The notes under the pieces: generated by a model
What the model was told of the DNA's origin: nothing
What the model saw: only the letters and a program-made list of their open reading frames with translations
Database searches by the model: none
Translations under genes and position numbers: made by a program
Assembly: GCA_963722055.1 (NCBI GenBank)
Contig: CAVRLA010000004.1
Coordinates: 339,987 to 403,986, forward strand
Reading direction: 5' to 3'
DNA length: 64,000 bases
Origin: an uncultured Actinomycetes bacterium
GTDB lineage: Bacteria; Actinomycetota; Actinomycetes; Streptosporangiales; Streptosporangiaceae
In this document: piece after piece, positions 18,314-24,924 of the stretch
Position numbering within the stretch: the first letter of the stretch is position 1
Layout: each line of letters starts with the position of its first letter

Positions 18314-18448
18314 CTAGGGCTCGCGCGCTTCTGGCGTGTCGTAGACGGAGCGTTCCGGCAGATCGAGCACGTACTGGGCGGCGGCAGCGAAGTCAAGATC
18401 GTCGTGCAGGATAGCGAGATCGTGGTGCGCCGCGGCGGCGCCGAGCGA
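18314..18448 (-). pseudogene. C-terminal remnant of a PIN-domain (VapC-like) toxin gene
   Basis: A start-less frame translates to SLGAAAAHHDLAILHDDLDFAAAAQYVLDLPERSVYDTPEAREP*. This resembles the PIN C-terminus (..IAAxAxxHxxxLxxxDxDF..). An in-frame TGA lies immediately upstream, and no N-terminal part is present. Confidence 0.35.
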
Positions 18449-18458
18449 CGGTTGACCG

Positions 18459-19235
18459 CTAGATCATGATCAGCAGCATGAACGCCATGGTGACGCCCAT
18501 AGCGATCCGGCAGCTGGTCGCCACCCACGGCGCGAGGACACCCCGGTCGGCGCGGCTCGCCGGAGCGCTGGCCTCGGCGTGCTCGGCCTCGGCCGCCACG
18601 GCAGAACCGACCGGGGGGCCGACCGGCGCGGACACGGCGGCGGCACCCGGGCCAGCCATGGCCCCGACCAGGACCGGGCCCATCGGCGCCATCCGGGTGG
18701 CCGCGAAGCTGTAGTGCCCGCTGGCGCCGGGGCCGGAGAGCTGGTCCAAGTCCCAGATGCTGTAGCCGATCAGCAGCAGCGCGAAGACGAACGCCAGGAT
18801 CGGCAGCTGCAGGGTTCCCATGCCGCTCATGCCGCCGGCCATGCCACCGATGCCGCCGGATCCATGTGCCGCGGGCGCCGTGAAGGCCATGAACATGTAC
18901 AGCATCGCCGCGGCGTGGATCAGGTGCGGCGCGCAGTGCCCGCCCGCCAGCGCGCGGACGCCGCTGACCTGGGCGTCCCGGAACACCCGGTAGCCGAACC
19001 AGACCGTCATCACGGCGAAGATGACCGACCACGCGCCGTTGGGCAGGGTCTGCAGGCTCGCGACCAGCATGCCCGCCATCGCGAGAGCCATCAGCAGGTG
19101 CGCGATGTCGATGTCGGTCAGGGCAGCCCGCGCCCCGTGCCGCCACGGCCGTACCGCGACCAGGCGGGCCGCGCTCACCGCCGCGACCACGAGCATGATC
19201 GCGGCGAAGATGTCCAGGATCCAGCTGGGAATCAT
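18459..19235 (-). CDS. DUF5134-like polytopic membrane protein with Met/Gly-rich loop
   Basis: 258 aa. N-terminal MIPSWILDIFAAIMLVVAAV..., DIAHLLMALAMAGML, loop GGIGGMAGGMSGMG. The start overlaps the upstream gene's stop by 4 nt. Confidence 0.7.
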   Translation of the reverse strand: MIPSWILDIFAAIMLVVAAVSAARLVAVRPWRHGARAALTDIDIAHLLMALAMAGMLVASLQTLPNGAWSVIFAVMTVWFGYRVFRDAQVSGVRALAGGHCAPHLIHAAAMLYMFMAFTAPAAHGSGGIGGMAGGMSGMGTLQLPILAFVFALLLIGYSIWDLDQLSGPGASGHYSFAATRMAPMGPVLVGAMAGPGAAAVSAPVGPPVGSAVAAEAEHAEASAPASRADRGVLAPWVATSCRIAMGVTMAFMLLIMI

Positions 19236-20248
19236 GATGCGACCGTCCCTTCGCCGACGCCGGCCGGGGCCGGGCTGGTGCGCGCTGGCGCCGCGACCGT
19301 GGTCCGGACCGGCCAGTAGGCGAGCGCCAGCAGGATGAGCAGCGGCCCGGAGTTGGGATCCGTGGCCCCGCCGGCCAGGATGGCGCCCAAGGCCTCGCCG
19401 AAGACCCAGATCACCGCGGCCACCACGATGGCCAGTACCAGGGTGGCCTTAGCGGCGCCCGTAGGCAGGTACACGCCGACGGCGATGACCACCAGCAAGA
19501 CGGCCAGCACGATCGAGGCGGCCAGGCCCTGGTGGGCGACGAGCGACGCGGCGCCCCGGTCCAGGGCGGCCAGCCAGCCGGGCTCCCCGCTTTCCATGCC
19601 CGCGATCATGCCGTTCAGCGCCTGCGGCGCCCGGTTTCCCGGCAGCAGCGCGAAGTAGGCCAGGCTGAGCCACAGCACCAGCCACAGCGCCTGCGCGACC
19701 GGGGCCCCCACGGCGCGCGCCGCGGTAAACGGCGCCGGCCTCCCGGCGCGGTCGGCCGGCCACAGCAGCACCGCGAGCAGCGCGTAGATAATCACCGCGC
19801 CGGGGGCGCCGTTGACCGGGCTCGCGCTGGCGGTCAGCACCATCCCCAGCCCCTCGCCGAACCACCACACGCCGAGCGCCCAGGCGATCGAGGCGGCCAG
19901 CGCCAGCCGCACCGTCGGCCGCCACGCGATCCCGATCCCCAGCAGCACCTGGACCGTGGCGAAGATCGAGTTCAGGAGCACGGTGTGATGATCGACGAGC
20001 GTGGCATTCCAGTTGATCGGGCTGGCCACGACACTGGGGTTGCCGGACGCCGTCCCCCCTAGCATCTGGCTGAACCCCGTGGAGAACATGAAGGACTGGT
20101 ACTGCAGCAGCCCGACGAGCAGCCATATCCCGGCCAGAGCCAGCTGCAGCACCCGCCGGATGTCAGGCCCCCCCCTGGCCGCCTGGGCTCCGGCGCCCAG
20201 CCTGCTCCGCCACGCGGGACGCGCTCCCGCGGCGGCGACCTCGCTCAT
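19232..20248 (-). CDS. uncharacterised polytopic membrane protein, paralogue of the N-terminal module of the SCO1 fusion
   Basis: 338 aa. Shared blocks with the 12899-14839 product: WWFGEGLGM / WVFGESFGG, NGAPGAVIIYALL / TGAPGAVLLYVVA, GGATDPNSGPLLILL / GLGTDPNSMIPLILL. Confidence 0.8.
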   Translation of the reverse strand: MSEVAAAGARPAWRSRLGAGAQAARGGPDIRRVLQLALAGIWLLVGLLQYQSFMFSTGFSQMLGGTASGNPSVVASPINWNATLVDHHTVLLNSIFATVQVLLGIGIAWRPTVRLALAASIAWALGVWWFGEGLGMVLTASASPVNGAPGAVIIYALLAVLLWPADRAGRPAPFTAARAVGAPVAQALWLVLWLSLAYFALLPGNRAPQALNGMIAGMESGEPGWLAALDRGAASLVAHQGLAASIVLAVLLVVIAVGVYLPTGAAKATLVLAIVVAAVIWVFGEALGAILAGGATDPNSGPLLILLALAYWPVRTTVAAPARTSPAPAGVGEGTVAS

Positions 20249-20481
20249 CCAGTTCTCCTCGCTTGCCCGGCCGGGTCGCCCAGGCCCGGGCTGTCGACAT
20301 CCTCGGAACAGGTATCAGGCACCAGGGCCGCCGGTGCTGGCCACCCGGGAATGCCGCAAATACTAATGGCCCGTTTTCCGTCGTTCAAGAGCTAGCGGCA
20401 AGAAAGAATTCCGCTTTACTCTGTCACGGACAACTTGCAGGTAGGATCCGTTGTGATTGACATATCCTGCTGGGAAGCGGA

Positions 20482-20540
20482 AACCCCTCAGAGGTATTTT
20501 ATAAACCCAGGGAGGGTATTAAGAGAACCCCGCCGGGGTA
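20482..20540. promoter_or_regulatory. three tandem RicR/CsoR-type operator-like palindromes (AACCC-N5-GGGTA) phased at exactly 22 bp
   Basis: AACCCctcagAGGTA (20482-20496), AACCCagggaGGGTA (20504-20518), AACCCcgccgGGGTA (20526-20540). Located in the divergent region between the 19232-20248 operon and the Cys-rich sORFs. Confidence 0.55.
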
Positions 20541-20684
20541 TTTTGGCCACGATCTAAGAAAGGAGGTCGTCACACAAGGTGACTGTATTAGCGCAGGCGC
20601 AGGTGGTCGACTTGCCGTCGTACCATGCCGGGCCAGGCGTTGCCGATAGCCATGGGACGAGCTGACGAGAGAGGGGATCCAATC

Positions 20685-20744
20685 ATGAGCACGGCCACCA
20701 CCTGCGAGAACCCGGCGTGCGCCTGTGATCCGTGCACCTGCGTA
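20685..20744 (+). pseudogene. SmtA/BmtA-like metallothionein N-terminal fragment (Cys-rich sORF lacking a proper 3' end)
   Basis: ATG 20685 follows GAGAGGGGA and encodes MSTATTCENPACACDPCTCV (compare SmtA KCACEPCLCNV, from memory). After codon 20, third-position GC collapses. The frame runs without a stop into the convergent lipoprotein gene. Confidence 0.35.
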
Positions 20745-20761
20745 AACCGCAAACTCACCCT

Positions 20762-20795
20762 TAACAGTGACTTACGACTAACAGTGACTTACGAC
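20762..20795. repeat. perfect 2 x 17-bp tandem duplication TAACAGTGACTTACGAC
   Basis: Direct reading of 20762-20778 and 20779-20795. Lies in a low-GC patch immediately 3' of the Cys-rich sORF. Confidence 0.95.
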
Positions 20796-20885
20796 GGGCG
20801 AATCGCCAACAGCCCGCCGCGATCCGACGTGCACAGCGTCAGGAGTTGTCGCCGTTCGGGCGATGGCAGGGCTACCAGGCCGGGT

Positions 20886-21428
20886 TCAGGGCAGCGGCTG
20901 TCGGTCGACGCTCCCGCCGACCGACAGCGTGTACCACGCACCCATGTCCTCAGCCTGACCAGCAGCCTGCCCGGGCGCGAGGTCGCCCTGCCACAGGTAC
21001 AGCGGCCACCGATTGTAGGTGACCTGCAGCACGCCGCCGGCCCGCTGGGTCGTGCCTAGCAGCGCCGGGTTCACGCCGGGACCGGCGACCGGGCGGCGGA
21101 TTCCGCGCGGCAGGACCAGCGGAGGCCACTGGACCGCGCACACCCCGGTGCAGACCGACGGCCCCTGGCGATCAGGCACGTAAATGTAGAGGGTGAACCC
21201 GCGGCTGTCGGTGACGATCGTTCCCAGCCCCCGGACCACGCCAGATCGCACCTCCCAGGCCGGGCTGGCTGCAGCCGGAGACCCTGAACCGCACGCCGCC
21301 ACGCATACGCAGGCCAGCGGCAGCGCCGCGGCCCGGATCCAGGCTAGGACGTCGGGCCTCCGCCGCCCGCGGACACCGCTGCTGCGGCCTGCTGTGGTAT
21401 GCCGCGTGGTGCCCGGCCTAGCCGGCAA
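20886..21428 (-). CDS. secreted lipoprotein with two COG4315/Lipoprotein_15-type repeats
   Basis: Repeat signatures GFTLYIYVPD and RWPLYLWQGD. Lipobox VAACGSG. Probable TTG start at 21428, the only in-frame start near the CopZ stop, giving a basic n-region plus hydrophobic core. Start is uncertain. Confidence 0.7.
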   Translation of the reverse strand: MPARPGTTRHTTAGRSSGVRGRRRPDVLAWIRAAALPLACVCVAACGSGSPAAASPAWEVRSGVVRGLGTIVTDSRGFTLYIYVPDRQGPSVCTGVCAVQWPPLVLPRGIRRPVAGPGVNPALLGTTQRAGGVLQVTYNRWPLYLWQGDLAPGQAAGQAEDMGAWYTLSVGGSVDRQPLP

Positions 21429-21624
21429 ATTCGTATCCAGCTTCCTCAACGGCCTCGCGCAGCGGAGTGTCGCCGGGAAGCAGTTCGCCGGTGATGCGGA
21501 CGATGCCCGCTGCGACGTCGACGTCGACATCGACGATGCCGGGGAGCTTGCTGATCTCAGCGCGGACGGCGCTGGCGCAGTGGTCGCAGGTCATCCCGTT
21601 GATCGCAATGGAGCGAGTTGACAC
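21418..21624 (-). CDS. copZ: CopZ-like heavy-metal-associated (HMA) copper chaperone
   Basis: 68 aa, GMTCDHCASAV metal-binding loop, ferredoxin-like length. GTG start. Confidence 0.9.
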   Translation of the reverse strand: MSTRSIAINGMTCDHCASAVRAEISKLPGIVDVDVDVAAGIVRITGELLPGDTPLREAVEEAGYEFAG

Positions 21625-21821
21625 GATCGTGATCGTATACCGGCCTGCGGCCCGGCGTCCGCTGGGGCCAAGCGCCCGGAGTATGTTGTAGCCCTGATGA
21701 TCGTCCCCCGAAGAGGCGAGATGACATTTGGCTCATGTTCCGGCTGGTGCCTCGCGTCCGCTAGTGTCATCCCGGTAACATTCGGTCATCGTGGCGACCA
21801 GCTGGCCCGCGAGGTGATCCG

Positions 21822-22043
21822 GTGATTCGCGAGGCCAAGCTCGTGGGGTTCGCGCTCCTGCTCGCGGCGATCTTCCTCGGCGCCCACGTGGTCGGATCTC
21901 ACCTCGGCCCGGTCACGGCTAACCATTCTCAGGTCAGCTACCCGGGCATGAGCGGCGGCGGCATGGGCGGAATGAACATGGGAGGTCCCGGCGGCGGTCA
22001 GCAGCTGCCGCCGGCGGTCCGGCTGCGGGGCGGCCATACGTGA
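21822..22043 (+). CDS. small membrane protein with Met/Gly-rich tail, function unknown
   Basis: 73 aa. One TM segment (LVGFALLLAAIFLGAHVV), then GMSGGGMGGMNMGG. Its stop overlaps the CopA GTG start (GTGA). Confidence 0.6.
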   Translation: MIREAKLVGFALLLAAIFLGAHVVGSHLGPVTANHSQVSYPGMSGGGMGGMNMGGPGGGQQLPPAVRLRGGHT

Positions 22044-24379
22044 GCGGCACCGAGACCAGTGATACCGGGACTGTGGTCGAGACCGAGCTTGTCGTCGACG
22101 GGATGACGTGCGGATCGTGCGCCGCCCGGATCGAGCGACGGCTGAACCGGCTCGACGGCGTGACGGCCATCGTCAATTACGCGACCGGGCGGGCTTACTT
22201 CACCAGTACCGGCGGACGCGACGCCGACGAGCTCATCGGTGTCATCGAGTCGGCCGGTTACGCCGCTGCCCGGCCGGCCCCGCCGACACCGGAGAACACA
22301 GGGGGTACCGATCCGGCGACCAGGGCGCTGGCCCGGCGGCTCATGGTCTGCGTCCCACTGGCCCTGGCGGTCATCGTGCTGGCCATGGTGCCTGCCGCGC
22401 AGTTCCCCGGCTGGCAGTGGGTGAGCCTGCTGCTAGCCGCGCCGGTCGCGACATGGGGGGCATGGCCGCTGTACCGGGCCGCGTGGTACGGGCTTGGCCA
22501 CGGGGCCGCGACCATGGACACCCTGGTCAGCCTCGGAGTCACGGCCTCTTTCGGCTGGTCGGTCTACGCGCTGCTGTTCGGCGGCGCGGATATGGCCGGG
22601 ATGAAGATGTCGTTCGCCTTCACCTTCGGGCAGGCCAGCCGGCAGACCCTGTACCTGGAGGCTGCCGCCGGGGTGACCACGGCGGTGCTGGCTGGGCGGT
22701 ACCTGGAGGCCCGCGCACGGGACCGCTCGGGTTCGGCCCTGACCGCGCTGGCTGCCCTGGGCGCCAAGACGGTCGCGGTACTGCACGACGGCGCCGAGCA
22801 GCGGGTCGCGGTCGACGAGCTCGGCGCTGGGGACCTGTTCGTGGTCCGCCCAGGGGAGAAGATCGCCACCGACGGGGTTGTGGTCGAGGGCAGTTCGGCG
22901 GTCGACACGTCGCTGGTCACCGGCGAGTCGATGCCTGCTGAGGTCGGCCCGGGCGACCCGGTGACGGGGGCCACGGTGAACATGAGCGGGCGGCTGGTGG
23001 TGCGGGCCACCCAGGTGGGATCCGGCACGCTGCTGGCGCAGATCACCCGGCTGGTCAGCCAGGCGCAGGCCACTAAGGCCAGCTCGCAGCGGCTGGCAGA
23101 CCGGATCGCCGCCGTGTTCGTGCCGTGCGTGATCGCCCTGGCCGTGGCCACCCTCGGCTTCTGGCTGGGCGCGGGGCTGCCTGCCGCGGCGGCGTGGAGC
23201 GCGGCGGTCGCCGTCCTGGTCGTCGCGTGCCCATGCGCGCTCGGGCTGGCCACGCCGACTGCCCTGCTGGCCGCCGTGGGCCGGGGAGCGGAGCTGGGCA
23301 TCCTGGTCAAGAGCGCCCAGGCACTGGAGTCGGCGGGCCGAATCCGCCGCCTGGTGCTGGACAAGACCGGCACGCTGACGACCGGCACCATGACCGTGCA
23401 GGATGTCCTCCCGGCCACCGTTTTCCCGGATGCCCGGTGGCCCGGCCCGGCCGGCGAAGCTCTCCGGCTGGCCGGGGGGGTCGAGGATGCCTCTGAGCAC
23501 CCGGTCGGCCAGGCCATCGCCCGGGCCGCCGCCCGCCTGGGCGCGCTGCCCCCGGTGGCGGACTTCACCACCCTGCCGGGCGCCGGAGTGCGCGGCATAG
23601 TCGACGGCCGCCTGGTCACCGTCGGCAGCCCGCGCCTGTTCGCCGAGCTGTCGTTCACCGTGCCCGCCACGCTGCGGCAGGCCGCGCGGGCCGCCGAGGA
23701 GGCGGGCCGGACCGCGGTCCTGGTCGGCTGGGACGGCGAGGCGCGGGCCGCGCTCGTGGTCGCCGACCAGCTCAAGCCGCACGCGGCCGACGCCGTGGCC
23801 CGCCTCCGCCACCTGGGCCTGCCGCCGGTCTTGCTCACCGGCGACAACGCCCGCGCCGCTCAGTCGGTCGCGGCCCAGCTCGGTATCCCGGCCGGCGACG
23901 TTTGCGCCGAGGTCCGCCCGGCCGGGAAGGTCGAAGCCGTCCGGGGCCTGCAGTCAGAGGGGGAAACAGTCGCCCTGGTCGGCGACGGGGTCAATGACGC
24001 TGCCGCGCTGGCCCAGGCCGACCTCGGCATGGCCGTAGGCGCCGGTACCGACGCCGCTATCGGCGCCGCCGACCTGACGCTGGTCAGCGGCGACCCGCTG
24101 AGCATCGTCTCGGCCATCGAGTTGGCTCGCGCCACCATGACTGTGATCCGCGGCAACCTGGCCTGGGCGTCCGGCTATAACGTGATCGCAATTCCGCTCG
24201 CCGCTCTCGGCTACCTCAACCCGCTGTTCGCGGGGATCGCGATGTCGGCCAGCTCGCTGATCGTCGTCGGCAACAGCCTGCGGCTGCGCCACTTCCACGC
24301 CCGGCGCCCGCCGGGCATGCCGCCGCAGGTCTGCCCAGAACCGCAACCCCGGCCGGCCCGGGCTGAGGTCGTACAATGA
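22040..24379 (+). CDS. copA: Cu(I)-translocating P1B-type ATPase
   Basis: 779 aa. N-terminal HMA GMTCGSCAARI, TM CPC motif ACPCALGLATP, phosphorylation site DKTGTLT, hinge GDGVNDAAAL. Confidence 0.95.
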   Translation: MSGTETSDTGTVVETELVVDGMTCGSCAARIERRLNRLDGVTAIVNYATGRAYFTSTGGRDADELIGVIESAGYAAARPAPPTPENTGGTDPATRALARRLMVCVPLALAVIVLAMVPAAQFPGWQWVSLLLAAPVATWGAWPLYRAAWYGLGHGAATMDTLVSLGVTASFGWSVYALLFGGADMAGMKMSFAFTFGQASRQTLYLEAAAGVTTAVLAGRYLEARARDRSGSALTALAALGAKTVAVLHDGAEQRVAVDELGAGDLFVVRPGEKIATDGVVVEGSSAVDTSLVTGESMPAEVGPGDPVTGATVNMSGRLVVRATQVGSGTLLAQITRLVSQAQATKASSQRLADRIAAVFVPCVIALAVATLGFWLGAGLPAAAAWSAAVAVLVVACPCALGLATPTALLAAVGRGAELGILVKSAQALESAGRIRRLVLDKTGTLTTGTMTVQDVLPATVFPDARWPGPAGEALRLAGGVEDASEHPVGQAIARAAARLGALPPVADFTTLPGAGVRGIVDGRLVTVGSPRLFAELSFTVPATLRQAARAAEEAGRTAVLVGWDGEARAALVVADQLKPHAADAVARLRHLGLPPVLLTGDNARAAQSVAAQLGIPAGDVCAEVRPAGKVEAVRGLQSEGETVALVGDGVNDAAALAQADLGMAVGAGTDAAIGAADLTLVSGDPLSIVSAIELARATMTVIRGNLAWASGYNVIAIPLAALGYLNPLFAGIAMSASSLIVVGNSLRLRHFHARRPPGMPPQVCPEPQPRPARAEVVQ

Positions 24380-24924
24380 CCGACGCGGCTTCCCCGCTCA
24401 CCCCGCCCGGGCCGAATCCGTCGGGCCGGACCTGGGCGCGTGACCTGCTCCGGGCCGTCGCGGGCCCGGTCATCTGCGCCGTCGTATTGACCGGTCTGCT
24501 CGCCGCTTGGGTCGCCACCGGCGGGGCCGGCACCCTCACCCGGGTCCGGCTCCAGGTCACCCTGGCGGCCGTCCCCATGCGCGCGTTCACTCCGCAGGCC
24601 GCGGCCGCCGTCGGCGCCGCGACGACCTTTCTGACCATCAACAACCTGAGCGGCGCTCCCGACGAGCTCGTCGCCGCCAGCAGCCCCTTTGCCGGGCGCG
24701 TGATCTTGACCGAGCGCAACAGCCCCACCGCGCCCAGGACCGTGATCGCCGATCTGGTCATCCCGGCTCACGGGACGCTCACCCTGAGCCCGCTCGGTGA
24801 TGATCTGATCCTCCGGGACCCGGCACCGTTCGAGACCAGCGCGGCCGTACCTCTCACCCTGACGTTCCGGCACGCCGGGACCGTCACCATCGACGCCACC
24901 GTCACGGCCCCGGGCACTCCGTGA
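24376..24924 (+). CDS. PCu(A)C/DUF461-like periplasmic protein lacking the canonical His/Met copper ligands
   Basis: 182 aa. TM/signal anchor, then TFLTINNLSGAPDELVAASSP ... PLTLTFRHAGTVTIDATV, resembling the PCuAC fold signature. The positions of the H(M)..M..HxM ligands are Thr/Leu/Asp/Ile. ATGA and GTGA overlaps with the flanking ATPase genes. Confidence 0.55.
   Translation: MTDAASPLTPPGPNPSGRTWARDLLRAVAGPVICAVVLTGLLAAWVATGGAGTLTRVRLQVTLAAVPMRAFTPQAAAAVGAATTFLTINNLSGAPDELVAASSPFAGRVILTERNSPTAPRTVIADLVIPAHGTLTLSPLGDDLILRDPAPFETSAAVPLTLTFRHAGTVTIDATVTAPGTP

Noticed and set aside
20745-21059. Continuation of ORF 20625-21059 beyond the Cys-rich segment
   Set aside because: Third-position GC collapses after codon 20 of the Cys-rich sORF. 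The frame also overlaps the well-supported convergent lipoprotein gene.
21625-21821. A CsoR/RicR-type operator in the copZ / copA divergent promoter
   Set aside because: I searched for ACCC-N5-GGGTA and found none. Only weak 6-bp-arm palindromes such as ACGATCgtGATCGT are present, so no call was made.
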